Shown piece by piece: positions 53,806-63,776 of a stretch of 64,000 bases of DNA. The stretch comes from Escherichia phage nepoznato, in the sequence record NC_052658.1; one strand, 5' to 3'. A model generated the notes under the pieces. The model was not told the origin of the DNA. It did not search any database and was given only the letters and a program-made list of their open reading frames with translations. The position numbers and the translations under genes are program-made. Position 1 is the stretch's first letter. Each line of letters begins with the position of its first letter.

Positions 53806-55746
53806 TTAACCACCAGTGTTAGATTGTCCACTTAGAGTTGAAAGAGACAAACGTTGGAAAATGCTATTTCCGCTATTTTGAATTCTTGCATCAAGAATAT
53901 TTCCAAACTCTGAAGAAGGGCTGATCGTAACTTTGATAAGATCACTTGGTATTGCTACCGTATTCTCAACAACAGGTTGATTACGAGCCAAACTTACGTT
54001 AGGTGTATAGGCTGATTCACGTAAATCTTCAAGAGGATTACCAAATCCAAAAGCACGTGTCCTTGTTTGTTCTCCTCTCCACATACGACCAATATCTTGT
54101 GTATCAATACCTGTTAAATTGTACAACCAATCTGCTACAGGATTGCTGTCTCCACTTTGCGTTGCCTCGTATGCTTTTTGTGCCATAGATTTATTAGGAT
54201 CTGTGTTATCTCCGAATGTATCTGGGAATGTTTCTTTAAGCCAATTGGTAAAAGATCCGAAACCATCTCCCAATTCTTTAGCAAAACCTCCTAATTGAAC
54301 TGTTGTCTTACCGAGTTCTTCACCTAAATCTTTGGCAAACTGATCTAGCACTTTAACATTATCCAACCAAGAATCATCTTTAGGTAAGGCTTTCACAAAA
54401 CCCTCTAAGAAGTGGTTCTGCATACCTTGACCTACAAGCTGAACTGTTGCAGCAAAACGAGTAAACTCTTTAGAAGCATCTATTTGTTCTTGAGTTAATG
54501 TTGCACCTGTTCTTTGAAGCATTTTCAATACTTCATTATACCCTTCGCCGTTTTTACTAAACATACGTTGGTAGTGCATAAGGTCATCACCAAGGTTTTC
54601 AAGAAGTCGCCCGATTTGAGCAGAGTTCATACCTCGACGCTCACCTTCATTAACAGTAGCCTGAATAAAAGCTAAAGGATCGTTCTGTAAAGGTTTAAGC
54701 TGTTCTGGATTCCATCCAAACAAGTTCATAATGTCATTTATGCCATTATCACCGCCTTTCCACTTCCCTTCTTTCTCATTCCATTTTGAGGCTAAAACTG
54801 TATTACCAAGACGTTCACGAACGTCTTTAATATTATCTATTGACTTAATAATATTTGCAGAGTCTACACCGTTCTGTTCACCCCAAGCTGTCATTGCCAA
54901 AATAGCGTTGGCGTTTGTCTGAACGTTTTCAGCACCACGACTTACAAGTTTAATTCTTTCGTTAGTATTCATCAACGTGTTACCAACTACAGAACCACCT
55001 GCAAACAGCCCAGCACCTATTAAAGAGGATGCAATCATGCGTGGATTAAGACCTGCTGCACCTTCTTTTAATTGTCCATATCGACGATCACGATCACGTT
55101 TTTGTTGAGCTAATTCACGCTTACGGTTGCGTTCTATATCTCTAAGTTCACGATTTCGCATACGTATACGCATTTTAGCTTCTGCTTCTAGCTCTCTACG
55201 AATACGGCGACGACCGCGAACCTCGTCTTCTATTTCAGCATTCTTTTCACGATGAGATCTGCGTAAGGCATCTAACTGGTGAGCAAGAGCTTGGTTCATA
55301 CGTTGAAGAGTTATTTCACCCTTTTTGTATTGCTCTACAGCTTTACCCATAACGTCTCTAGCTTCTTGCATAGCGCCAGGACTGGCTTTACTAAATGCTC
55401 TTGCTCGATAGTTAAAGTTCTGCAAACGAAGATTACCTAAGTCTTCCCTACGTGCTGCTGCTTTAGCTTCGCGTTCAGCAGCTTTACGAGCTTTTTCTTC
55501 TTCTCTTCCTTGCGGGGTTTTAGGAGTTCTAGGTCTGCCAGATCCGCCTACAGGAGCACCCGCTCCAGCGGGAGTAGGTGCTCGCATAGGTTTTTGACTT
55601 TGAGTTTGAGCTTTCTTAAGTTCACGCTCAATCTCTTTCATTTGTTGTCTAAACTTGGTCATGTTCATAGTGGGTTGCATTTTATTTGCAAACTTCTGAA
55701 CACTCAACACGGCATCTTTTGCTTCCTTGAGACTGTTCTTGTCCAC
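53806..55746 (-). CDS. Tail tape measure protein
   Basis: 646 aa; long N-terminal Arg/Glu-rich coiled coil, central hydrophobic segment MIASSLIGAGLFAGGSVVG; downstream of the frameshifted chaperone. Start is GTG with an SD almost adjacent, so the exact start is uncertain. Confidence 0.65.
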   Translation of the reverse strand: MDKNSLKEAKDAVLSVQKFANKMQPTMNMTKFRQQMKEIERELKKAQTQSQKPMRAPTPAGAGAPVGGSGRPRTPKTPQGREEEKARKAAEREAKAAARREDLGNLRLQNFNYRARAFSKASPGAMQEARDVMGKAVEQYKKGEITLQRMNQALAHQLDALRRSHREKNAEIEDEVRGRRRIRRELEAEAKMRIRMRNRELRDIERNRKRELAQQKRDRDRRYGQLKEGAAGLNPRMIASSLIGAGLFAGGSVVGNTLMNTNERIKLVSRGAENVQTNANAILAMTAWGEQNGVDSANIIKSIDNIKDVRERLGNTVLASKWNEKEGKWKGGDNGINDIMNLFGWNPEQLKPLQNDPLAFIQATVNEGERRGMNSAQIGRLLENLGDDLMHYQRMFSKNGEGYNEVLKMLQRTGATLTQEQIDASKEFTRFAATVQLVGQGMQNHFLEGFVKALPKDDSWLDNVKVLDQFAKDLGEELGKTTVQLGGFAKELGDGFGSFTNWLKETFPDTFGDNTDPNKSMAQKAYEATQSGDSNPVADWLYNLTGIDTQDIGRMWRGEQTRTRAFGFGNPLEDLRESAYTPNVSLARNQPVVENTVAIPSDLIKVTISPSSEFGNILDARIQNSGNSIFQRLSLSTLSGQSNTGG

Positions 55747-56088
55747 CTTAAACGTAACAACGTTACTAATTTTTGCATTGTATTCGGGAAGATTCGTTAA
55801 TTCTTCCCCGCTTTCGCTGCTGTAAGTTTCCCTACAGATTAGACTATATCTTCATCTACATGAGACGCTTTGCGCTTCGGACCACTTGATCCTACTCCCT
55901 TTCGGGATAGTCGTTGAACCTTCTCCTAAACGGAGCTTGGCTGCTGATTACCCAATCCACACACTTTTCAAACCGTGGCTTCATCTTTCGATTCGCAGTG
56001 GTAGTGTGGCTCTAAGGGTGTCCCAGCAATTCACAAAGTTGATAATGTGTATCACTACACATTAGCCCCTAAGTTAAGGCGTTAATTT
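55747..56088 (-). other. 342-nt non-coding spacer between the zinc-ribbon/T5orf172 ORF and the tape measure gene
   Basis: No ORF on either strand in an otherwise tightly packed operon; contains short hairpins (e.g. TCCC-TTTC-GGGA near 55905-55916). Confidence 0.4.
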
Positions 56089-57405
56089 CTAACAAAGTAT
56101 TCCTCCATTATCTTCAAAGATTTTCATAATGTTTTCCAGGTTGTAGATATAAGTTGTCTCTGTCCACCCGTCTGGAATGTCTTGTTGGGAGAAAACTCCG
56201 CAAGGTAAAACGTCTTTCACTTCTTTCTCTGCGGTGCGACAAGCTGCCACAGTTTCAAATCTATATAACTTAAACTTGTGTAGTTTATATTTAGCAAGTC
56301 GATTTTGTTGCCTTATTCTTATTCTTGGATTTTTTGTTATTCCAAATTTAAGACCAATAATACCAAGACCCTCATCTTCCACCAGGTGAATATAAGCATA
56401 GGTCTGATTTTTACCTCTACATTCTGGACAACCTTGTTCACCGTGTATAAAGTTTGTGATTGATATTTGTTGGATGCCGTGGGTTTTGCAAGAGTATTGA
56501 AAAGAACTCTTATTTGATTTGTAATCAATAAGCTTTACAAAAGTGTATCCACGTTCCTCACAAACCTTTTTCAATTGTTCTTTCATGTCGGTTTCTGGTT
56601 TCGGTTTGTGTCCGTGACAAGTAATACAACGGTTTCCCGATAACAAACCAAAAACAGTCATCTCTATCTCACCACCATGTTCTTCGCAAAAAACTACGAC
56701 TTTTGAGCGATTACCTTTAAACTTCCCAATCCAACGAATAAAGCTATAAGGTGTTTCAGTGTTAATTCGTAAAATATATTGCTCTTCAGTGTATACATAC
56801 CTTGAAGAACAACGACAAGGTTTAGCACCCCTCAAAAGATTAGACTTCATGCCTTCAAAGATACCAGAGCAAAGTCCAGCTTTTACAAACTTATCATTTG
56901 AACATGTAGGGCAGGTAACAAACCAATAAGGACTCCAACCATTTTTATCTTTTCTTTCAGATTTGGTAAAAGTAGTCCCATCTTCAAAGAAGCCTGTTGC
57001 CAAGAAATCTTCAGCTTTTACTAAATCTTTTCTTTTCCTGGGATCTACACACTTTGGACAACCCACACCCTTTCGAATCGTTGAAATTATACCAGTGTTC
57101 CATTCCCCATGTTCAGGACAAACACAACGGATTTTTGTAGAACTTGAGCCTGTGTATTCTTTACTCCAACCTAAAAAAGTATATCCTAAAGCTTCTGTAG
57201 CTCTCTTTGCTACGATGTAGGCTTGATCTTCACTTAGTTTTGGACATTTTGAGCAACCACAAGGTGTTTGCCTACCAAAGTTACTTTTGAACATGCTGAA
57301 AGGTTGAGGATAAAGTTCTTTATCTTCTGAACAGATAGAGCATGTAACCAAAATTTTGTCTGGATTGTTTGGGTCTTGACCTATAATATTTAAAACGCCA
57401 CGCAT
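56089..57405 (-). CDS. Zinc-ribbon repeat protein with C-terminal T5orf172/GIY-YIG-like domain (putative homing endonuclease-like selfish gene)
   Basis: Repeated CxxC modules (CSICSEDK, CGCSKCPK, CPEHG...CPKC, CPTCSN, CITCHGH, CPECRG); C-terminal YAYIHLVEDEGLGIIGLKFGITKNPRIRIRQQNR...DGWTE; GGAG SD; inserted between the chaperone and the tape measure gene. Confidence 0.5.
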   Translation of the reverse strand: MRGVLNIIGQDPNNPDKILVTCSICSEDKELYPQPFSMFKSNFGRQTPCGCSKCPKLSEDQAYIVAKRATEALGYTFLGWSKEYTGSSSTKIRCVCPEHGEWNTGIISTIRKGVGCPKCVDPRKRKDLVKAEDFLATGFFEDGTTFTKSERKDKNGWSPYWFVTCPTCSNDKFVKAGLCSGIFEGMKSNLLRGAKPCRCSSRYVYTEEQYILRINTETPYSFIRWIGKFKGNRSKVVVFCEEHGGEIEMTVFGLLSGNRCITCHGHKPKPETDMKEQLKKVCEERGYTFVKLIDYKSNKSSFQYSCKTHGIQQISITNFIHGEQGCPECRGKNQTYAYIHLVEDEGLGIIGLKFGITKNPRIRIRQQNRLAKYKLHKFKLYRFETVAACRTAEKEVKDVLPCGVFSQQDIPDGWTETTYIYNLENIMKIFEDNGGILC

Positions 57406-57457
57406 GATGTTACTCCTCTATTCAATAAAAGAAGTATACCACCGTGACGTTTTAAAG

Positions 57458-58206
57458 TCAAACAAGTTTCTTAAACAAATCTGACATTTTATTTGTCTGG
57501 TTTTGATGTTTTCTCTTTATTGAAGTGTCTTTAACATACATGGCTTCAACATACTCTTCGTATGTTAAATACTCATATAGTTTTAAAAGATAATCTACAC
57601 CGTAGTTATCTAATGTTTTCAGTGTTTCCGAGGTATCTTTAACGACTTTGCAAAGAATAACCTCATACCACTTCAAAGTAAGGGTTTTCGTTGCTGTGTC
57701 GATAGCATGTTCAATCGCAGGTGTTAATTTGCTGCTAAACTCGTCATCGCCTGAAGCTGTGTGAACAGTTTTCCGAAACCTCGTTTGAAAAAAGGGCCGT
57801 AGTTTACCTCCAGAACTTTAGCAGTAAGATCTAACACTAGTTCTGGGTGAGCCATAAATAATTCATCAAAATTTTCTGCAACGTTATAACCGTCTTGGGT
57901 ATAAACCTCATCTAAAATTTTACGCAAAAAGACCGTTAAATTCTTTTCTTCCAAACCTGCAAAAAGTTGAATCAGTGCCATAGCAATACGTGACTCAAGG
58001 TCTTCGTCTGCGGACATTGTTGCTGTGCTATACATAGTCATAGGAACAACCAGAACACTACCCAATTCTGGAATCCTGTCAAACACTTTAGATGGACTCC
58101 ACTTCATAATACGGAAAGTAACAGATCTGTTTCCATCTAACGGAATCTCAACTACTTCTTCTGGTCGAGCATATTTTTGAATTGTGTTATCTTGTTCTTG
58201 TGACAT
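57458..58206 (-). CDS. Tail assembly chaperone, -1 frameshift fusion product (gpE+E' / gpGT analogue)
   Basis: Slippery heptamer C-CCT-TTT on the minus strand (plus coordinates 57796-57790) in the 0 frame; the -1 frame is open from there to the stop at 57458 and runs into the listed 57458..57676 ORF with no intervening stop. Confidence 0.55.
57724..58206 (-). CDS. Tail assembly chaperone (short, in-frame product; P2 gpE / lambda gpG analogue)
   Basis: 160 aa ORF between tube and tape measure; GAGAGGA SD; contains the slippery site near its 3' end. Confidence 0.6.
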   Translation of the reverse strand: MSQEQDNTIQKYARPEEVVEIPLDGNRSVTFRIMKWSPSKVFDRIPELGSVLVVPMTMYSTATMSADEDLESRIAMALIQLFAGLEEKNLTVFLRKILDEVYTQDGYNVAENFDELFMAHPELVLDLTAKVLEVNYGPFFKRGFGKLFTQLQAMTSLAAN

Positions 58207-58226
58207 ATTTTCCTCTCTAATGATAA

Positions 58227-58246
58227 AAAGGGCATTTCTGCCCTTT
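58227..58246 (-). terminator. Intergenic hairpin between the tube and chaperone genes (possible attenuator/terminator)
   Basis: AAAGGGCA-TTTC-TGCCCTTT; modest U-tract. Confidence 0.35.
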
Positions 58247-58251
58247 ATTTA

Positions 58252-58731
58252 TTATTGAATTGTCAGAGCAGAGATTGAGTTAAGGGTGCTCAAACCTACA
58301 CCAACTTCATTACGCAGAAGGCTTGCATCTTTAAGACCAATAACCCATTGGTTCTCTGTAATCATTTCGCCAATAGTATCTTCAGGCTGACTTTGAATCC
58401 ATCCAATCGTGCTAATGTAATAGCCACGTGGGTCTTCCAAGTAAACACTGAACGCTACTTGACGAGTAGAATACATTGTTTGTGCATATGTTGCAAGTAC
58501 TTCGTTAGCTGGAGATGTGCGTTGCAAAGACATTGTGAGTGTTCCCAAACGGTTACGACTCAAAGCTAGTGAAACGTCGCCATCAGTCCCTGAATAAGGG
58601 TTGATAATATCGTTAGATTTAGCAATAACGATTTTAGTATCAGCCGCAAAACCCCACGGTTCCCAACCACCTAATGAAAGGATAACTTGAGATGGGTCGT
58701 AGGCCATTACGCCAGTAAGCATTTTATCCAT
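58252..58731 (-). CDS. Tail tube protein
   Basis: 159 aa; immediately downstream of the sheath gene and upstream of the chaperone-frameshift-tape measure set; AGAGGA SD. Confidence 0.5.
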   Translation of the reverse strand: MDKMLTGVMAYDPSQVILSLGGWEPWGFAADTKIVIAKSNDIINPYSGTDGDVSLALSRNRLGTLTMSLQRTSPANEVLATYAQTMYSTRQVAFSVYLEDPRGYYISTIGWIQSQPEDTIGEMITENQWVIGLKDASLLRNEVGVGLSTLNSISALTIQ

Positions 58732-58746
58732 TATAGATCCTCTTTA

Positions 58747-58763
58747 TTTTGATAACGGGGGCT
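58747..58763 (-). terminator. Intergenic hairpin between the sheath and tube genes
   Basis: CGGGGG-CTTAA-CCCCCG; weak U-tract. Confidence 0.3.
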
Positions 58764-58777
58764 TAACCCCCGCCGTA

Positions 58778-60151
58778 TTAGTTTGCAGTACGGTTAGTCA
58801 GGACGTTGACCTGAACTTTAACGTAATGGAAGAAGCCAGCGTAAACATATTCAATCTTCATCCCATCGACCAGACGAGCATTGATTTGCGCATCAGTCAT
58901 ATCGGCACGAGAAGGAATATAAACAATAGGTTTCAGATCGACACGCAAACCAGTCTCTTCAGAAGTAACAACTTCATTAGCGATGGAACCGTTGAGGATA
59001 CCTACTTGGATCGGGTTAGCCAGAACAGCTTGTCGAATCAAAGCCAGACCGTTTGAAGTAGCACGAACACCACCACCCAGCATAGACTGTTGTTTAAACA
59101 GTGTAAACAGTGATTCTTCTGTGCGAGCTTTAAACCACAAAGCATGAACAACATAGTCAACAAAGAAACCGCTAACCATCAATCCATCACGATAGAACAG
59201 AGTTCCATGCTCTTTACGATAGATGTTACCGTTCTGTTGAACAATATTGTTTTCCGAAGTCTGATCCAGTTTCTCGATCTCTACACCTACCAGTGTTTTA
59301 CCGTGAAGAGTAGTTAAACCAGGTTGACGAGAACAGATTGCACCAACAACTGCCGCTTCTGGGAATACAGAATCTGCATCGGTCATCCACAAAGCAAAGC
59401 AAGTGTTATTATAACCGAGGTCATTCAGTCGTTCCAGAACGTTATCTTCTGCTTTCGTTTTAATTCCAGGTTCAGAGCTAGAGAAGAAGTAAACTTTATC
59501 ATTCTCTTCTACCCATGCAGCCAAAGCTAGAACATCTTCTGTTTCATGGGAATCTGAAAGGGTCCAGAACCAGCTACTATCAATATCATGCAGAGCAGCA
59601 ATATCTTCCGTAATAGCATTAGCATAGACAGTTTCTTGAGTGAAACCTGTGCTGTCAATAGAACCAAACTTACCTTCTACTGGAGTGAAAGTCATTGCAG
59701 CGCCGTTGTTAGCTACTGTAAACAGTGGGCCATAAACAAGATCTGCATTGATCATTTCAGTCAGACCAACTACAATCTCTTGTGCAGTTGCAGTGTCATC
59801 AGCAATGAATTTAAATTCTTTTTTCTTGGTACCATTTTTGATGGTAATTGTGTAAGTTGCACTATCTTCTACGATTGGAGTTAGAGTAAAGTTTGTAACT
59901 TCACGCTTACCAACCATGACTTGATCTGGTGGGAACAAACCGTTAAACAGTTTGACTGCCATAATATACGCTGGATCATTTAATCCATAACCTGCTTCCA
60001 AAAGTGCATCGGAAGAAGAGTAATATTGAATCGCTTCGCCAGTTACGTTCTGACCTGTAAGGATCAGGGGAATATCGAACTGGGTTTCACGAATTGATGT
60101 AGCACCATACAGTAAAGTTACGGTTGCTACCTTTTCACGAAAAGTTGCCAT
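58778..60151 (-). CDS. Tail sheath protein
   Basis: 457 aa; conserved position upstream of the tube gene; call is positional. Confidence 0.5.
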   Translation of the reverse strand: MATFREKVATVTLLYGATSIRETQFDIPLILTGQNVTGEAIQYYSSSDALLEAGYGLNDPAYIMAVKLFNGLFPPDQVMVGKREVTNFTLTPIVEDSATYTITIKNGTKKKEFKFIADDTATAQEIVVGLTEMINADLVYGPLFTVANNGAAMTFTPVEGKFGSIDSTGFTQETVYANAITEDIAALHDIDSSWFWTLSDSHETEDVLALAAWVEENDKVYFFSSSEPGIKTKAEDNVLERLNDLGYNNTCFALWMTDADSVFPEAAVVGAICSRQPGLTTLHGKTLVGVEIEKLDQTSENNIVQQNGNIYRKEHGTLFYRDGLMVSGFFVDYVVHALWFKARTEESLFTLFKQQSMLGGGVRATSNGLALIRQAVLANPIQVGILNGSIANEVVTSEETGLRVDLKPIVYIPSRADMTDAQINARLVDGMKIEYVYAGFFHYVKVQVNVLTNRTAN

Positions 60152-60185
60152 TTATGCTCCTGTTAGAAACTTAATTCCAATGAGT

Positions 60186-60845
60186 TTATTCGGTAGGGTT
60201 GTTAAATAATGATCCATTTTGATTAACTGACGAGTATTCGCCTGGAACCAAAGTAATTGCATAAACCCTGTTTAGAATTAAATCTAAAGGGATAGGATCA
60301 TTGTAACTATCTCTGAATGAACGGATGTGCATGTTGATTGCTTCTATTGGTGTAGTAGCAATATCTTCAATACTCATACGAGTGTTGAACGTCATAACCA
60401 TACGCGCTCTTAATTCAGTCTTATCTCCGTCTACAATCGTATTGGCTTGAGCTATATTAGAGGCTCCTAAAAAACCAAGACCTTTAGAATAGAGATGTTT
60501 GTATTTTAATTCCTCTGCACCACGGAGAGCAGCCAGAACATAGCTCATCAAAGTGGTAGGCCTTCCACGATAGGCTACAAGTTCAATCTCGTAGGTATTA
60601 TCCATCTCGTAGGAATACATATCATTTTGAATAGAGCTTCGGTAAGACCAACCTCCAGAATCGCTGGAAGTGATAATACGTAGTGCTAGGTAAGGAGTAT
60701 CCGGTTTAATGAATGGCTTATCCATAACATAGACTGGCAACCCCACTAATTCTTGAAGGAAGCCACCTATATTTAAGTAGATGGCATTTTCGTATGCTTC
60801 TATTTGTTGGTAAATATTAGCCAAAGTTTCCTCCTTCTGTTCCAT
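60186..60845 (-). CDS. Virion protein (head-tail joining / tail completion region)
   Basis: 219 aa; between head and sheath genes. Confidence 0.4.
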   Translation of the reverse strand: MEQKEETLANIYQQIEAYENAIYLNIGGFLQELVGLPVYVMDKPFIKPDTPYLALRIITSSDSGGWSYRSSIQNDMYSYEMDNTYEIELVAYRGRPTTLMSYVLAALRGAEELKYKHLYSKGLGFLGASNIAQANTIVDGDKTELRARMVMTFNTRMSIEDIATTPIEAINMHIRSFRDSYNDPIPLDLILNRVYAITLVPGEYSSVNQNGSLFNNPTE

Positions 60846-61266
60846 AAGACCAGGAGTTGTTTTGATCGTCTAATATTGCAACACAGTGATGATGGACTAA
60901 GAAAGATGTTCTGGTCCAATCTTTAAGGGAATAAACAGAATACCATTTACCATCTATCAATATCTGATCTGATAACTGTTCTGTTCCTTGTTGTAACCCC
61001 TTCATTTCTGTTTTAGTCCAGAAACTATATTGAGCCTTAGATCTGTAACCTTCAGGTAGTGCATTCAGTGTTTTACCAGATATCGGTTGTAAGCTTGCCG
61101 CTTCAATAGTAAATGGTTCATATTCTACACTACTTTCTAAGTTAGCAATAACTGAACCAACCGCCTCTTTGTAGACTCGTCTACGACCTTGGTATTCAGT
61201 TAGATCAAGGAGAGTAAATTGATCTAGTAACACTTGTATCTCCTTTTTAGTATACATCAAAAACAA
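60817..61266 (-). CDS. Virion protein (head-tail joining region)
   Basis: 149 aa; overlaps the downstream gene by 29 nt. Confidence 0.4.
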   Translation of the reverse strand: MFLMYTKKEIQVLLDQFTLLDLTEYQGRRRVYKEAVGSVIANLESSVEYEPFTIEAASLQPISGKTLNALPEGYRSKAQYSFWTKTEMKGLQQGTEQLSDQILIDGKWYSVYSLKDWTRTSFLVHHHCVAILDDQNNSWSYGTEGGNFG

Positions 61267-61278
61267 AGTTTATGCAAG

Positions 61279-61767
61279 TTATTTTTTAGACTTGCTTTTT
61301 GTGATTTTTGTTTCGATTGCATTTATCATGTATGCCGTATCTATTAAGATATGATTAGAATAGTTGCCTTTATCTTGTCGTATCTTAATTGTCACAGGAG
61401 ATAAAGGACGATAACGTTGCATTGCAATCGCTTGAGCTATTCCTTCTCTAGAGGCTCTCGCTATAGGCTCAAAAACAGCTAACCCGACATTATTCATTAA
61501 GTAATTTGCAAACACCTGCTTCATCTTTTTAGCGATATTGTTCTGTGAGATAACAGCACCATCTGTTATAAAAGGGCGAGCAGGTATGTTATTTGTTTCA
61601 TTACCATATTGTTGAATAGCTGCTATTGCAGGAATAGTGAGATCTGATTCAGGATGCCTTTTGTTTGTTAAAAAACCAGCTTCGATTTGAACTTGTTCGA
61701 GGTCCATCATCTTTTTGATAATGGTTTCCCAATCCGTATCATCACCTGGTAAGATCTCACTTTCCAT
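61279..61767 (-). CDS. Virion protein (head completion region)
   Basis: 162 aa; positional. Confidence 0.4.
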   Translation of the reverse strand: MESEILPGDDTDWETIIKKMMDLEQVQIEAGFLTNKRHPESDLTIPAIAAIQQYGNETNNIPARPFITDGAVISQNNIAKKMKQVFANYLMNNVGLAVFEPIARASREGIAQAIAMQRYRPLSPVTIKIRQDKGNYSNHILIDTAYMINAIETKITKSKSKK

Positions 61768-62315
61768 TATTTGTCCCTACGATAAAAAGAAACAGGTCCA
61801 TAATTTCGCAAATAATTAACGTTGCGTGTATTACGATCAACACTTGCAACATTACCAAGACCATTTACAGAGTTAGGATCGCTGTTTACTCGATCAATCT
61901 CACGAGCATCAACACCACCAATAAGAACTTTACTGGTTGCTCCTCGTCCTGCCGTGCACCCAGGAATGACCATAAGGCCATTTAAATAGTTATGATAAAT
62001 ATCTTCCCACGGAGACTTATAAGTTACTTGACCGTTGTTAAATTTAACTTCAACTTCGACTTCACCCATCTTTTCTCTGCGGGACATAGCTCCTCCTGTT
62101 TGAGTATTGTTATTAAGAACATCGTTGTTCCATAAATACTCTAAAACAGAAATCAAGCTGTTCCACAATACTGCACACTTATCCTTATCTTCATTCCCTA
62201 TAATATCAATCCAAGTCTGGATGATCTGAATCAGCATTGCATCTGGCAATACTTCTTGAGAAGGGTTATAAACAAGAATTCGGATCAGTGGTGCCAACTC
62301 TACCGCATTCAGCAT
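61767..62315 (-). CDS. Virion protein (head completion region)
   Basis: 182 aa; positional. Confidence 0.4.
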   Translation of the reverse strand: MLNAVELAPLIRILVYNPSQEVLPDAMLIQIIQTWIDIIGNEDKDKCAVLWNSLISVLEYLWNNDVLNNNTQTGGAMSRREKMGEVEVEVKFNNGQVTYKSPWEDIYHNYLNGLMVIPGCTAGRGATSKVLIGGVDAREIDRVNSDPNSVNGLGNVASVDRNTRNVNYLRNYGPVSFYRRDK

Positions 62316-62324
62316 AAGCCCACC

Positions 62325-62723
62325 TTATTTTTTACGAAGGGAACGTTTTTTAGCTGGAGTGTCTACCGCTTCTACTTTTAAAACTTCTTCTTTGATTTTT
62401 ACAGGTGCATAGTCTTCGTAACTTACAAGATAGTAACCCATGTGTTCTTCACTTGCAAAAGGATGTACAAGAATACCTGTTTCTTCTCTCAAACGCGTGA
62501 GGAAGTGAATGAAGTTTCCACCTAATGCAATACGACCATCTTTCAGATAGAAAGACATTGGTGGCGCAGATACTAATGTTTTATCAGCATCAATCAGTGG
62601 TGAAAGCGATTCGAAATCACGAATCATTTCGTGATAACTAAAGTAACGTTTCAATTCTGGGTTTGACATATCAATCTCCTCATTGTAAACTCTTGTTGTA
62701 AACAGAAAAGGCTCGCCCATCAC
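62325..62723 (-). CDS. Virion protein downstream of the major capsid gene
   Basis: 132 aa; positional. Confidence 0.4.
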   Translation of the reverse strand: MMGEPFLFTTRVYNEEIDMSNPELKRYFSYHEMIRDFESLSPLIDADKTLVSAPPMSFYLKDGRIALGGNFIHFLTRLREETGILVHPFASEEHMGYYLVSYEDYAPVKIKEEVLKVEAVDTPAKKRSLRKK

Positions 62724-62753
62724 GGACGAGCCTCTAATATTAACAGAGTTCTG

Positions 62754-63755
62754 TTAAGCCGTAGTCAGTTTAACTACCAGTTCTGGACGAGTGTTAACTG
62801 CGAGCAGCGAGAATTCAGACTGAAGCTGAATGGTGCGGTGCTGGCTGATCATGAAGGTATACAGTTCACGAGCCTGGGTGTTAGCCAGTTCTGGAGTATC
62901 CGCAGGAGCGTAGTGCGCCTGGAACATACCTTCGATACCCATAGGCAGAACATATGCTTCACCAGCAGGGATGTTACCGTGGATATCTTCAATGTAAGTT
63001 ACACCGTTCCATTCGAACACCTGAACATCCATGTTACCGCTAAGGCGGTCACGCAGAAGGTTAGGAGTTCCCTGGAAATACTGATATGCCTGGCGAACAA
63101 ATGGAGAGTTAACCAGAGATGCGAAAAATTCACGAGAACACAGAGCTACGATACGAGTAGCGGTAGAGCCATCTTGTTTAGTATCGATGATGTAAGCACG
63201 AGCTTCTTGCTCGATAGTGGTTGCTGGAGAAACAGTGGTAGAAGCAAAGTCTACAGCAACAGATTTCTGGGTAGCACCCCATTCGGTATACCAGTTGTAT
63301 GCAGAGTTAGCTGCACCACCTACGCCGTTATAGGCACGACCCATAACTGCTTCTGCAAAGATTTTCTCTTTGGTTTTTGCTACGTCACGCAGAATCTGGG
63401 ACATATAGCGGTTAACAACTTCAGCGTCTGTGCGCAGAGAGTCATTGATTCCTGCCATCGCAAAGCTACGGAAAGATTGAATATCTTGAGCTTTGATGTT
63501 TTTATCCAGAGGGAAGAACGGAATACGGAACGCTTTCAGTTCTGGATTTTTCATGGTCAGGAAGTTACGCTCACCACCACGCTCACGAGCGGAGATCAGA
63601 GCATCTTCAGCTTTTTCTTTACCGATTTCAATAGCGGTAGTTGAATGATAGTCAACGCTGAACAGATTCAGGCTGGCAATCAGTGTATCAGGGGAATCCT
63701 GAAGTTCGATCATAGGGCTGAAATCTACAACCTGATCTAAAATTACTGCTGGCAT
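62754..63755 (-). CDS. Major capsid protein (lambda gpE-like)
   Basis: 333 aa; C-terminal ...ANTQARELYTF... recalls the lambda gpE NTQARGLRTYG region; marked shift to host-optimal codons; AGGAG SD; follows a D-like gene. Confidence 0.6.
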   Translation of the reverse strand: MPAVILDQVVDFSPMIELQDSPDTLIASLNLFSVDYHSTTAIEIGKEKAEDALISARERGGERNFLTMKNPELKAFRIPFFPLDKNIKAQDIQSFRSFAMAGINDSLRTDAEVVNRYMSQILRDVAKTKEKIFAEAVMGRAYNGVGGAANSAYNWYTEWGATQKSVAVDFASTTVSPATTIEQEARAYIIDTKQDGSTATRIVALCSREFFASLVNSPFVRQAYQYFQGTPNLLRDRLSGNMDVQVFEWNGVTYIEDIHGNIPAGEAYVLPMGIEGMFQAHYAPADTPELANTQARELYTFMISQHRTIQLQSEFSLLAVNTRPELVVKLTTA

Positions 63756-63776
63756 TATATTAATCTCCTATTAAAA

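Noticed and set aside
55747-56088. Considered a tRNA gene or a second group I intron in the ORF-free spacer upstream of the tape measure gene
   Set aside because: No cloverleaf with a T-loop consensus and no recognisable P/Q/R/S intron core were found by eye; the upstream frame hits a stop about 60 codons from the tape measure start, so the gene is not obviously split. Left as an unassigned spacer pending covariance-model search.
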